From a virus, in the IMG/VR virus record IMGVR_UViG_3300034524_000090, positions 32,001 through 96,000 of that record: a stretch of 64,000 nucleotides of DNA; one strand, written 5' to 3'. The notes beneath the pieces were generated by a model, which worked only from the letters and a program-made list of their open reading frames with translations, ran no database searches and was not told the origin of the DNA. Within the stretch, counting starts at the first letter, position 1. Each line of letters begins with the position of its first letter. The position numbers and the translations under genes were made by a program. Shown one piece after another: positions 48,847-58,827 of the stretch.

Positions 48847-49224
48847 TTAGGCCCCCTTTTTATCTTTTTTGTTGTTGCGTTCAACTTTTATAACTAATGC
48901 TTTTTCCTTATTATCCCAGGTGGCTAAATATTTTTTCAGCACTACATCAAAACTACTTAACCATTCGACAAATGTTCTACTAAAAGCCCTACCTGATCTG
49001 CCGTTATTTATAATATCTAGTTTCAAAGCACCCTCATTATCAGGTTTAAATTTTAATTCATTGGTTTCGTCATCAAAAATAGGTTTTAGTCTTATTGCAG
49101 ATTTTATATCGGGGCCTAAAGCACTTACAGCGGCTAAATTAAAATGTATAGCGCCTTTTGGAGTAATATTAATTGTAGGGTCTAAAAACCTGGTATAACT
49201 ACCGCCTTCAAATACGTGTTGCAT
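48847..49224 (-). CDS. Hypothetical protein
   Basis: AAGGAGGTG RBS before ATG 49224 (shorter than track ORF). Confidence 0.65.
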   Translation of the reverse strand: MQHVFEGGSYTRFLDPTINITPKGAIHFNLAAVSALGPDIKSAIRLKPIFDDETNELKFKPDNEGALKLDIINNGRSGRAFSRTFVEWLSSFDVVLKKYLATWDNKEKALVIKVERNNKKDKKGA

Positions 49225-49309
49225 TTTGGTTACACCTCCTTTGGTTTTTACTAGTATGCCCGTTTCTTCATCTAAATTATACATTTTATTTTCTCCATAA
49301 TCAAGAGTT

Positions 49310-50992
49310 TTATTTTGTACTAACATATTGTTTTAACACCTCACAAATAAATTTACTAACTTTTTTCGATTTTTGTTCTTCCAATATCGCTGAAGAAATT
49401 TCGGTTTTCTGTTGTAAAACCTGATAAATATGTTCGTCTATAGTTTCATTTCCTATCATATACCAGATATTAACAGTTTCTTTTGAGCCAATACGGTGAC
49501 ATCTTGCTTCTGCTTGTTCGTGTAAAGCAGGTATCCACATTAATTCTAAAAATAAAACATTACTTGCGGCTGTAAAATTAAGACCAACCCCTGTTGCACC
49601 AATACTTGCTATTAATAGCCTCTTATCTCTATTATTTTGAAATTCTTCAACTATCCTGTTTCGTTTTTTCATATTCGTATCGCCAGTTATAATTAATGCT
49701 TCTGGAAAATTTTCATGCAAGGTATATAAATTCTTTTTATAATGACCAAATACAACTAATTTCCCTTGCTCGTTTTCTAAAAAATTATTTATCCATTCAG
49801 TTGTCGCTTCTAATTTACCCCTTCCTGCTAACTGTTTTAAATAATTCAATTGCGTTAACGCTTCATTGTAGGTTATTTGCATAATTTTTCTCATATCATA
49901 ACCTTGCTGTTTGAGCCATTGAATAAAATCTTTTTCAGCAAGATCGTATTCTTCCCTGTTTGATATATCGACAACTAATGATGTTCTAATTCTATTAGGC
50001 AAGTCTTTTAAAACCATATCTTTTGTGCGCCTGATCATAATAGTTGCCCGTAGTTTTTTATTAAGTTCTTTTAAATTACTTGCGCCGCTATAATCCCACC
50101 CCCAAGGCTTTTGTTTTGCATCACAATATCGTTTAACATAATATCTGAAATCATTAAATTCGTGTGGGGCTAGTAAGTGTACTATTGACCACAATTCTAT
50201 TGGTTTATTTAAAATCGGCGTGCCAGTTAAGGCTAATATATGAGGAGTTTTTTTACCTAAAGATATTACACTTTTTGCCCGTTTAGTCCTTGTATTTTTT
50301 ATATAATGAGCTTCGTCCAAGATAATAACTTTTGGATTAATTTTTTTAAGTGTTTTTAGCCAGTAACTTATAATATCGTAATTGATAATTATTATCGGCT
50401 TATTTATATCAACTTTTTTTCGCCCCTCCAAAATAACATATTCATTATATTCCTCATCAGGTAAAACTTTTTGTATTTCTTTGGCCCAATTGTATTTTAA
50501 AAAAGCAGGACAAACGATTATAGCTGGTCTTAATTCAGGATGTAATTGTAACCATGCAAGTGATTGTGTTGTTTTCCCTACGCCTAGATCGTCTGTTAAT
50601 AAAACTCTACCCGAGCGTTCTTCAATTAAATACACGCCTGCTTGTTGAAACTTAAACAGCTCTCTTTTTAATACAGGTAATTCAATTTGTGCTTCTGTAA
50701 TATTAGAGCTTTGATATAGAGTGTTATATCGTTCTTTAAGGTTTTCAATTTCTTTATAAAGATTTATATCAACAGCAAAATCGTTAATAAAATTACTTAG
50801 TAACCTTATTGTGTCAAAATTTAATGGGGCCACCCAATTTTTAGTTTGTTTATTAAATTTACGCTTAGGCAGTTCTTTTACCAGTTCTAATAGGTGTTCA
50901 TTGTATTTGAAGCAAATAATTATATGTTTTTTATCGTCTGCTAGTTTTATACAGTTTTCTGGTTGTGATAAAGAAGGATTAAATAATTGCAC
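49310..50992 (-). CDS. SNF2-family helicase with N-terminal HARP-like domain
   Basis: 'FKYNEHLLELVK.LP.RKFN..TK.W'; DDLGVGKT, DEAH, LTGTP..N, GVGLN, QAEARCHRIG. Confidence 0.9.
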   Translation of the reverse strand: MQLFNPSLSQPENCIKLADDKKHIIICFKYNEHLLELVKELPKRKFNKQTKNWVAPLNFDTIRLLSNFINDFAVDINLYKEIENLKERYNTLYQSSNITEAQIELPVLKRELFKFQQAGVYLIEERSGRVLLTDDLGVGKTTQSLAWLQLHPELRPAIIVCPAFLKYNWAKEIQKVLPDEEYNEYVILEGRKKVDINKPIIIINYDIISYWLKTLKKINPKVIILDEAHYIKNTRTKRAKSVISLGKKTPHILALTGTPILNKPIELWSIVHLLAPHEFNDFRYYVKRYCDAKQKPWGWDYSGASNLKELNKKLRATIMIRRTKDMVLKDLPNRIRTSLVVDISNREEYDLAEKDFIQWLKQQGYDMRKIMQITYNEALTQLNYLKQLAGRGKLEATTEWINNFLENEQGKLVVFGHYKKNLYTLHENFPEALIITGDTNMKKRNRIVEEFQNNRDKRLLIASIGATGVGLNFTAASNVLFLELMWIPALHEQAEARCHRIGSKETVNIWYMIGNETIDEHIYQVLQQKTEISSAILEEQKSKKVSKFICEVLKQYVSTK

Positions 50993-51265
50993 TTAATCAC
51001 CTTCTTTAAGCATCATATTCTCTATACTTTTTATGTCATCATAACGGGCCATTTCTACTACAATAAGTTGTTCTAAGAATCTATCTTTGGGATTAATCGC
51101 TTCTACATACCATCTGCTTTTCTTTTTAGATATTTTAACTAAGTTAGGTTTATAGCCGTATTTTTGTAATATTTCATTTGCAATTTCGTTGATTCTTTGA
51201 CGCCGATAAAATAACGGTATATAGGCTTTTTTAATCTCTTTAGGTATACGTCCCAAAGCTCGCAT
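50993..51265 (-). CDS. Hypothetical protein
   Basis: GGAGG RBS, tightly packed. Confidence 0.6.
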   Translation of the reverse strand: MRALGRIPKEIKKAYIPLFYRRQRINEIANEILQKYGYKPNLVKISKKKSRWYVEAINPKDRFLEQLIVVEMARYDDIKSIENMMLKEGD

Positions 51266-51267
51266 AC

Positions 51268-52590
51268 TTATGCCTCCAAATATTTTGCAAAATGAAATTT
51301 ACCAAAAAGCAATTCCTTTACTAACCTTTGCCATTCCATTTCAAATTCTCTGGTGCTATCAAGAGTTTTTGTGTGTTTATGCAGAGCTTCATGTAATAAT
51401 GTCATTGTTACGTTTTCTACGCTGGTAAAAATTTCTATTGTTAAATAAATCGTATCCTTGATCTTATCATAGAAACCATCAATATTGCCACAATCAATTT
51501 TATTTATATAGCATTGTTGAGTAAGTTTTACAGGCTCTACTGGCCCTACAATTTTCTCTACAATATTTTTAGCAATCCTAAACATTTCTTTTTGTTTTTC
51601 ATCTAAACAACTAAATGGTATATCTACCTCATTAAATTTTTGTTCTATTATTTGTTGGCTATAGGGTACTCCTATACGTTCTAAAAATGCTTGAATTGCC
51701 CAAGGTAAATCCAATACCTGAAAACCTAAATATTCAGCAGTATTATCAGCTTTTGTATTATAACTTAAACATTTATTCTGGAATAATTTCATGACAATTG
51801 ATTTCCATAGTTCCCGATTTTGGGGCCATATTGATACTCTACTTTCGACATAATCGCTAAATTTATTTCTCATTTCTAGTATTTTTTCTAGAAAATATGT
51901 TATTACTTTTTTGCTTTGCGTTTCTTCTAAAGCGTTACGCATCATCTTTTCTAATTGTTGCATATCAACTACAGTCCGATCACGATTTTGAGCTTCTTTA
52001 CCAACTCCTTGAAAATTATAAGAGAATAATAAATTAGGCATCTCGGTTGCTAAAACACCATTAATAAAAACTTTTCCTCCAGGCAAACCGATAACAGGAT
52101 CAAGTTGTTTTATTTTTTCTTTCCGTAATTCTTTAAAATACTGTTTAGCCTGTTCCACTTCTTCAGGAGTGCATTCAATTTCAAACCTAGTTCCAACTTC
52201 TCTAGAAATCGATCTAATATTAAATGCTAAAACTTCACAACCCAATGCCTTAGAAAAGATTATTTCTGGTCTAATACGATAACCTACAGTATCTATAATC
52301 ATTTCCCTGCCTAATCTGGCTATAACCAGCATAGCCAATTTAAGTCCTTCGCCAAATTGTCCAATCAAATTATTATCGTCTCTTTTACTTGATTTGCCCA
52401 AAGCCAAATCTATAGTTGAAATACCAGGGCCATCATCTTCAATAATAAATTTATTTTTACCTCTATGAAAACGAATATTGCAATTGTATTTAGTTTTTGT
52501 GTCAAAGGCTTCTTGTAATATTTCTCGTAAAGCCTCTACTATTCCCCAATGAGGCACATATTCAGTAGAAATTGCAGTTTCAATACGCAT
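51268..52590 (-). CDS. GHKL-type ATPase fused to an HExxH domain
   Basis: 'WGIVEALREILQE..D', 'IEDDGPG', 'GKSSKR...IGQFGEGLKLA', 'GT'; C-terminal LLHEALH. Confidence 0.8.
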   Translation of the reverse strand: MRIETAISTEYVPHWGIVEALREILQEAFDTKTKYNCNIRFHRGKNKFIIEDDGPGISTIDLALGKSSKRDDNNLIGQFGEGLKLAMLVIARLGREMIIDTVGYRIRPEIIFSKALGCEVLAFNIRSISREVGTRFEIECTPEEVEQAKQYFKELRKEKIKQLDPVIGLPGGKVFINGVLATEMPNLLFSYNFQGVGKEAQNRDRTVVDMQQLEKMMRNALEETQSKKVITYFLEKILEMRNKFSDYVESRVSIWPQNRELWKSIVMKLFQNKCLSYNTKADNTAEYLGFQVLDLPWAIQAFLERIGVPYSQQIIEQKFNEVDIPFSCLDEKQKEMFRIAKNIVEKIVGPVEPVKLTQQCYINKIDCGNIDGFYDKIKDTIYLTIEIFTSVENVTMTLLHEALHKHTKTLDSTREFEMEWQRLVKELLFGKFHFAKYLEA

Positions 52591-52614
52591 TGTTGTATTT
52601 CCCCTCCTTAATAA

Positions 52615-52797
52615 TTATTCTTCCACTTCTTGATTAGATATTTCCCTGAATAATTGGCCGCACTTAGGACATTTAAACCAAGTACCCTTATATTCTAAGT
52701 CACCTTCATAATCACAAAAAGGACAATAAACAGGAGCTAAAGAAGAATAATCTTGATAGTTAAAGTTATCTGTAGTAGAATAATTAATTTCCAACAT
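52615..52797 (-). CDS. Zinc-ribbon protein
   Basis: CPFC...CPKC; AGGAGG RBS. Confidence 0.65.
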   Translation of the reverse strand: MLEINYSTTDNFNYQDYSSLAPVYCPFCDYEGDLEYKGTWFKCPKCGQLFREISNQEVEE

Positions 52798-53032
52798 AAT
52801 AATAACCTCCTTTGTCTTCCCAGTATTTATCTATTAGTTTTTTTATTTTTTGGATTGCCTCCTCTTTTGTATCTGCCCAATCTACTCCAAGAGTAGTATC
52901 GTCTTTATATGCCTCCCCTTCCCATTTACCAAGAAAAGGAGTGAATTTGCCCATTACAGGAGCTACCCAAAATTTAAATCCTTTATACTGATGATTTTCG
53001 CCCATAAAAAACTCTAAACATTTGCAAGGCAT
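52784..53032 (-). CDS. Hypothetical protein
   Basis: GGGGAG RBS. Confidence 0.6.
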   Translation of the reverse strand: MPCKCLEFFMGENHQYKGFKFWVAPVMGKFTPFLGKWEGEAYKDDTTLGVDWADTKEEAIQKIKKLIDKYWEDKGGYYYVGN

Positions 53033-53048
53033 TATTTACTCTCCCCTT

Positions 53049-53441
53049 CTATATATCCATTTGACAGATAAATTGTGTACCACAACGACATTCATAAGTA
53101 AAAACAAATGCGCCCTTATCTTTATTTTCTTTGGCAATATCATAATCTACAACATGCATATCTTTTGTTTCCCCACAAGCAGGACATTTTCTTTCAAAGT
53201 AAATATTGTTTTTATCAGTTAGTTTTTCTCTTTTCTTGGTCTTTTGTTTGGCTTTATCTTTTTTCATATCGGCTTTTGTTTTTCTGTCCTCATAACATTC
53301 TTTACATAATTTTACACTTGTACCAACTAAATAATATTCCTGCCCAACCTTTAATAAAGTTCCACACTGCCTGCATTTAACACTCTTTTGTCTGACAGTC
53401 TGTATTGTAGCATTATTATAATCCAAAACGGTTCTAGCCAT
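53049..53441 (-). CDS. Multi-CxxC zinc-binding protein
   Basis: CRQC, CKEC, CPAC, CRC; first gene after a sigmaA promoter. Confidence 0.7.
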   Translation of the reverse strand: MARTVLDYNNATIQTVRQKSVKCRQCGTLLKVGQEYYLVGTSVKLCKECYEDRKTKADMKKDKAKQKTKKREKLTDKNNIYFERKCPACGETKDMHVVDYDIAKENKDKGAFVFTYECRCGTQFICQMDI

Positions 53442-53481
53442 AGGCTAGCCTCCTTTTTGGTTGTTTAATTATTGTACCCCT

Positions 53482-53510
53482 ATTATAATTCATAAAATCT
53501 TTATTGTCAA
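53482..53510 (-). promoter_or_regulatory. sigmaA-type promoter
   Basis: Minus strand TTGACA-17 nt-TATAAT. Confidence 0.85.
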
Positions 53511-53529
53511 TTTTTCTTTATAGAAAATT

Positions 53530-53559
53530 AAAAGGGAAAGGGGCTACCCCTTTTCCTTT
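53530..53559 (-). terminator. Intrinsic terminator
   Basis: aaagggaaagggg-cta-ccccttttccttt. Confidence 0.7.
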
Positions 53560-53582
53560 ATTATTTCAATAACAAGCCGAAT

Positions 53583-54065
53583 TTATTCTTTTATTTCAAT
53601 CAAGTAAGGCCAATTACGTTCCAATGTGCCACCATTTCCGTATCCCTTATATGCTTTACTGACAGCCTCAATAACTTTTTCCCATTCTTGATCATTAATG
53701 TCTACTATCGTATAAAGTTGCATTGTGCCTCCAAAAACGTCTCGAAATATGCGGGCATTTCTTGTAACAGGACTATATTTACAAGCTATTTGGTCAATAA
53801 GTTTTAAAATATCGTCAAGCTCATTATCATCTTCAATTTTTAATGCTAAACGGTTAATTAAATCAGAAATCAATTCTGAAGGATAACAAAAAGGCGGTTC
53901 CCAATCTCCATATTGGCTTTCGCTTCTAGGTAAATAGAAATAAATTGGTATTTCTTTGTTGTTCAGTCTTGCAACACAATTGGGTTCTATAATATCTTCC
54001 AAATTCGTCATATAACTTTTTACTTCTTCTTCTAAAATATTCAATTGGGCTTGACTAAGGGCCAT
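53583..54065 (-). CDS. Hypothetical protein
   Basis: AAGGAGG before ATG 54065. Confidence 0.65.
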   Translation of the reverse strand: MALSQAQLNILEEEVKSYMTNLEDIIEPNCVARLNNKEIPIYFYLPRSESQYGDWEPPFCYPSELISDLINRLALKIEDDNELDDILKLIDQIACKYSPVTRNARIFRDVFGGTMQLYTIVDINDQEWEKVIEAVSKAYKGYGNGGTLERNWPYLIEIKE

Positions 54066-54078
54066 TTGTAATCCTCCT

Positions 54079-54570
54079 TTACGCTTCTCCAAATATTTTT
54101 TTACGTCCTTCTTCAATTACCTTATCAATTTCTTCTACATTTTGTTTCCCAAAAAGAAAAGCAACCAAAAACTTTCTTGCTGGCGGTATTACATTTTCTA
54201 TAAACCATTTTCTTATCCTGCCAGGATTTGGCTTTTCTTTTATATCAACCAACATTTTAGAAATTGGCAACGCAATAATGGATTTAATACCAATTAAGGG
54301 GTCAAAATAAGCCTGCTTAAAGGCTTCATCATAAACTTCTGACTTAAATTTTTCAAACTCAAATTCTCTGGCGGCCATAATTTTGCTGGCTTTTTCTAGT
54401 TCTTTTTCTTCATAATTTAACACATCATTCATGCCACCACAGTCTTCATATATATAGAATAAAATTTCGTCTATTTCTTTATCCAGTTTATTGCCATCGT
54501 CATCATATATCTCAGCTCTAATTATTTTATTATTATCAGTTTCAATAATAATTGAATATCTTTCGCTCAT
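54079..54570 (-). CDS. Hypothetical protein
   Basis: AGGAGG RBS. Confidence 0.7.
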   Translation of the reverse strand: MSERYSIIIETDNNKIIRAEIYDDDGNKLDKEIDEILFYIYEDCGGMNDVLNYEEKELEKASKIMAAREFEFEKFKSEVYDEAFKQAYFDPLIGIKSIIALPISKMLVDIKEKPNPGRIRKWFIENVIPPARKFLVAFLFGKQNVEEIDKVIEEGRKKIFGEA

Positions 54571-54594
54571 TTATTTAACCTCCTACTAAAATAG

Positions 54595-54990
54595 TCAGAT
54601 ATTATTTTTGTTAATAAGATTGTGCTGTTTGGCAACTTTAATTGCTTCTTCATAGGCTTCATCGAAGCTATTATAACCCAATTTTTCTTCTGTTTCAAAT
54701 GCCCTTTTGTTGTCAAAAAATATAAAGCAAAAACCCCAACTGTTTTTAATATAATTATAAATTACCTTAAGAATACACTGCGAAATATTATCTTGCGATA
54801 GAATTTCTTCTATAGCTACATAGTTAGAAGGCTCTATATTCATAATTTCAACATCTTTTGTGCATATATTACACCAAACATTTTTGCCAATAAATGGCAG
54901 ATCAGCTCCTGGGTCTAAAGGCTGGTCATACCAAGAACTAATATGACCACAAGATAAAATTATATTAGGGGAACCTTGTCGTTTAAACAT
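54595..54990 (-). CDS. Hypothetical zinc-binding protein, paralogue of 58824..59159
   Basis: CGH...DQP...DLPF.G...WCN.C shared. Confidence 0.7.
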   Translation of the reverse strand: MFKRQGSPNIILSCGHISSWYDQPLDPGADLPFIGKNVWCNICTKDVEIMNIEPSNYVAIEEILSQDNISQCILKVIYNYIKNSWGFCFIFFDNKRAFETEEKLGYNSFDEAYEEAIKVAKQHNLINKNNI

Positions 54991-55196
54991 AATTTAAACC
55001 TTCTTTAATATTATTTTAACTAAACACGCTCCTAAATTAAAGCCCCCCAAATACACTTTCTGTTCTAGATATTATCAAAAACGTCTAAAAGATAGAAAAA
55101 CATTAACAGAAATATAGTCCAAAATGTTAACCATTTAAACCCATAAAAGTCAATAAACAAATATTTCAATAAAACCAAACTAATAGACCTCCCTCC

Positions 55197-55451
55197 CTAC
55201 CCCACTTTTTTCCTTTGTGCAACATAAGAGGCCAGCTTAATACTGGCCTCCCAATCTCCCTTAGTATTACCTGCTATATAGTTATATGTTGCAAAAATAT
55301 CAAACGGTTTATAGCCCAAAGGTACTAACATTGCTTTTAGTTCTATATATTCCCTTGATTTCTTCACTCGTCTTTCTCGTAACATTTTTAAACAATTTTG
55401 TATCCGCAAAACCAAATTAGGATCAGGATTTTGCCGTTTCATGTTATACAC
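55197..55451 (-). CDS. Hypothetical protein
   Basis: GGGAG RBS; start probably ATG 55442. Confidence 0.6.
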   Translation of the reverse strand: MYNMKRQNPDPNLVLRIQNCLKMLRERRVKKSREYIELKAMLVPLGYKPFDIFATYNYIAGNTKGDWEASIKLASYVAQRKKVG

Positions 55452-55593
55452 TCCCTTTTTCGTTTAATTATTCTGTTGTTGTTTTTATAATTCAATATAT
55501 AGCCCCATATCAGCTTCTTCTCGTAAACATTCTTCACAGCCTGTACACCAAGGATCATTACATATTGGGCATGGATGTACGTCATATCTTGCA

Positions 55594-55854
55594 TCAATAT
55601 TTCTCATAAATAAACCTCCTTAGATTTTTTAAGGCTTCTTCGGCCTCTCTTTTATGTTCATAAAAGTTTTCTGTATAATCCACTATTAAACCATTTTCTT
55701 CTGGAGTTTCTCCTACTATTGTATAACCTTTTTTGAAATTTACTGCTTCTTTAGTATCAACAATAGCTTCTTGAGCTTCTTGAAGAGTATCAAATATATC
55801 AATATAATTCCCATTTTTGTCAATTGTAGCCCAACAAGTTTGAATAGTAATCAT
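55594..55854 (-). CDS. Hypothetical protein
   Basis: AAGGAG RBS. Confidence 0.65.
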   Translation of the reverse strand: MITIQTCWATIDKNGNYIDIFDTLQEAQEAIVDTKEAVNFKKGYTIVGETPEENGLIVDYTENFYEHKREAEEALKNLRRFIYEKY

Positions 55855-55878
55855 TTTTCTCTCTCCTTTATTTTTTAA

Positions 55879-56211
55879 TTAAAGTTCATATAAACTTAAG
55901 CTCCAAGCATAACCTAGCTCATAAAAATATCCATAACTCTCTAGTAATCTATAAAATTCTTGTAATAACTTAGGACACTTACCATAATTTATGACTTCAT
56001 AAAACGGCCCTTCAAAAGTCATAGTGATTGTTTTATCATTGGCGTATTTAGTATAGTCACTTCCTTTGTATCCTTCTTCCAATACCCATTTACCTTCTGT
56101 AAATGTAGACAATCTTTGATTGTTAAAATAAATAGTTACGTCTTCTTGACAATTATATTCAGTTAAAAGATCCGCAATAGCAAAAGCCAATTCTTCAAGA
56201 TTAGTTTGCAT
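55879..56211 (-). CDS. Hypothetical protein
   Basis: GGAGG before ATG 56211. Confidence 0.7.
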   Translation of the reverse strand: MQTNLEELAFAIADLLTEYNCQEDVTIYFNNQRLSTFTEGKWVLEEGYKGSDYTKYANDKTITMTFEGPFYEVINYGKCPKLLQEFYRLLESYGYFYELGYAWSLSLYEL

Positions 56212-56383
56212 TTGTGTTTTTCCTCCAATCAAATGATTTACAGGCAAGTTGATGAGGTTCGGAATTATGACCTAATTTACAAAATCCACCTTGTTCTATT
56301 ATATCTTGAAAAGTCATATTACCTTCACATAGAAGACAATAAAAACCAATTTTAAAAAATTTGCAATCAATACATCGCTTCAT
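56201..56383 (-). CDS. Cys-rich small protein
   Basis: CIDC...C...C..F; AAGGAGG RBS. Confidence 0.6.
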   Translation of the reverse strand: MKRCIDCKFFKIGFYCLLCEGNMTFQDIIEQGGFCKLGHNSEPHQLACKSFDWRKNTNAN

Positions 56384-56596
56384 TAATAATTACCCTCCTT
56401 TATTATAATTAAATCATTATACTTCCTTCTTCTTCGTAACCACAACTAGGACAAATGTAATAACCATATACATACATTTCATCGCCATAACCTACTTCTT
56501 TATCTTCCACTAAAAACCAAAGTTCACTACCACATTCATCACATTTCTCAAGGGTTTTAAATCGTTCGGCTACCATATTTTAACCTCCCTTTGTTT

Positions 56597-56806
56597 TTAT
56601 AGTCTATAATAATCATAACTATCATCAGGAAGGGGTAAAATTCCACAAGAACTCAATTCTTCAAGTCCTAATTTAATTATTTTTTTATCAGCTATACTTA
56701 TTTTTTCTGTGCTTCCACTTTCTATTTTATCCCATAATTCGCTTGGAACATTAATTCTTGTACGGATTTCGTACTCGGGTCGCTCAATAACAAATACTAG
56801 CTCCAT
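56597..56806 (-). CDS. Hypothetical protein
   Basis: AGGAGG RBS. Confidence 0.6.
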   Translation of the reverse strand: MELVFVIERPEYEIRTRINVPSELWDKIESGSTEKISIADKKIIKLGLEELSSCGILPLPDDSYDYYRL

Positions 56807-56825
56807 TGTTTTACTTACCTCCTAT

Positions 56826-57011
56826 TTATTCTGCGGTTATTAAATTTTCCCATAAATTTTGTATATCAACTAACATAGAATAAAGTTCTTCAGCCCCATA
56901 TTCTCCTTCTTCGTACTTAGTAAGAACCCTACACAATCTATCATAGATTATTTTTAAAGCTAAATTCTTTTCCATTTTGTAAAGAAGTTCTTTCTCGTAA
57001 TTATCAAACAT
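56826..57011 (-). CDS. Hypothetical protein
   Basis: GGGAG RBS. Confidence 0.6.
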   Translation of the reverse strand: MFDNYEKELLYKMEKNLALKIIYDRLCRVLTKYEEGEYGAEELYSMLVDIQNLWENLITAE

Positions 57012-57045
57012 AGTTCTGCTCCCTACCTTCAGTTCTAATCTAATT

Positions 57046-57780
57046 TTATATTCTCAAACCAGAATAAAAAGGTGGAAACTCCCTTAGCCATTCTGCGGCC
57101 TGTTTTTCTTCTTCAGTCCAAACATCTTTATTAAATACATCTTCAGTTCCTTCTACTCTTTTAGGGTAAACATAATACCCAAAATCAAAAACATTTCGGG
57201 CCACCATCCTGACAACATTGCCAGTAATATTTGATTTTATTTCTAAATCTGCGTAACCATCAACATCATCTTCACCGCCTCTAGGATTAATTAATTTATG
57301 TGTGTATACCACACTAAAACGGTTGTTTCTTTCAAGTTTAGTAAGTTTTTCTTTATTCTCTTCTTCCTCTGCTTCTTTTAAAAGCGTTTCCAATTTTTCA
57401 AGCCAATCAGTTAAAAATACTATTATTTTTTCTTGATAATAAGGTTTAACAGTAAACTTATAATAATATTTTCCAGTTAATTCTCGATTACGCCATTCAC
57501 CCCATTCAACATCCTCTTCACAAATTTCTTCAGCTATTTCCCATATATTATCCAAACCAGTCATTTTTCTTAACTCAAAAACTAAAGCCCTATAAACATC
57601 AATACTATCTAAGCTTGGGCTAATATTAAAAAAGTGATTTTCTAATGTGCCAGCATTAAAAATAAACGGTTGATCTAAGTTTTGTATTATCTTTCTAACA
57701 CATTTTATATCGTCCTGAATTTGAAACATGAAATCATAGATAATTTTTTGTTCTCCCAAAAAGACTTCTTTGGCTTTCAT
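57046..57780 (-). CDS. Hypothetical protein
   Basis: AAGGAGG RBS, 244 aa. Confidence 0.75.
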   Translation of the reverse strand: MKAKEVFLGEQKIIYDFMFQIQDDIKCVRKIIQNLDQPFIFNAGTLENHFFNISPSLDSIDVYRALVFELRKMTGLDNIWEIAEEICEEDVEWGEWRNRELTGKYYYKFTVKPYYQEKIIVFLTDWLEKLETLLKEAEEEENKEKLTKLERNNRFSVVYTHKLINPRGGEDDVDGYADLEIKSNITGNVVRMVARNVFDFGYYVYPKRVEGTEDVFNKDVWTEEEKQAAEWLREFPPFYSGLRI

Positions 57781-57925
57781 CTTTATTAAACCTCCTTTTC
57801 TTGTTATTTATATACTTCTATACCTCCCGTATAAGGAAGAATAGGTCGCCAAGAGTTTACCTCTTTTTCTCCCGACGCCTTTCCCCCGCACGGGTAAGAA
57901 AGATTTAAGATTAGGTAGAATTAGG

Positions 57926-58222
57926 TTACAAGCCCGTTTTATTCCTCCCTCTATTACAAATGTGTTCAAGGTCGTCAAAGTCTACTCGCCTGCAAATGTT
58001 CTTGAGGTTATCAAAGTCTAGACGCCCAAAAGCGGCTAGCGGTCTGATATACCACCCCGCATATTTCCTTCCTCCTCCTAGTAAGAAAGACAAGACCCTT
58101 TTACGAGTTATAAAAATTTCATCAGGTAAAAGATAAACCTCCCCATCTTGTTTAAGTATCTCTAGCCCTTCTTCGAGTTTGGCAACTTTTTGAAACTCTT
58201 CATTCTCCCAAAAGTTCTTCAT
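57926..58222 (-). CDS. Hypothetical protein
   Basis: AAGGAGG RBS. Confidence 0.6.
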   Translation of the reverse strand: MKNFWENEEFQKVAKLEEGLEILKQDGEVYLLPDEIFITRKRVLSFLLGGGRKYAGWYIRPLAAFGRLDFDNLKNICRRVDFDDLEHICNRGRNKTGL

Positions 58223-58497
58223 GCAATATCCCTCCTTATTTAATCATGTTTTTGGAAATTTTTGCCAAGATTAAGGCTCTCGGCGGATCGTATAGCGGTT
58301 ATTTCTGTAAGTAATCAAAATACCTTCCAAACGTTGCAAGAAGATTACCTTCTTTGTCTTTAACTCTAACACATTTTTCGCCATGAGTTGCTAATCCTGT
58401 AGATGTGAAAAACTCTACAACTTTATTACTTCTAATGCGTTTTTTGATAGATATTCTTTATGTTGGTTTATAGCCATAATTATTACCTCCTTTTTTT

Positions 58498-58827
58498 CTA
58501 TTCTTCTTCTATACCTGTTAACTCCCTAGCAACTTTTTCGGCCATATACCAAACTAAAAGGTTTTCATGTTGAGTACAATTACCAACATCGGCTCCATTA
58601 AAAGTGGCTATAAACTCATATACATTTTTATATCCATATTCTTCCGCTTCATCAATCAGACTTTCCCAAATTTCATCCTTAAATTTTTCGTATAGTTTAG
58701 TGGTATCACTGTAATAGGTTAAACCAGGAAAGCCTCCCTGTACCCCATATTCGGCTAAATCTCTAAGTGTTTGTTTATCAAAATTGGCCTTCATCCAATC
58801 CCGAAAAGTTTTGGCCCGAATAATCAT
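58498..58827 (-). CDS. Acidic helical early protein
   Basis: 'GGFPGLTYYSDTTKLYEKFKDEIWE...NLLVWYMAE' motif recalled from phage early regions. Confidence 0.7.
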   Translation of the reverse strand: MIIRAKTFRDWMKANFDKQTLRDLAEYGVQGGFPGLTYYSDTTKLYEKFKDEIWESLIDEAEEYGYKNVYEFIATFNGADVGNCTQHENLLVWYMAEKVARELTGIEEE

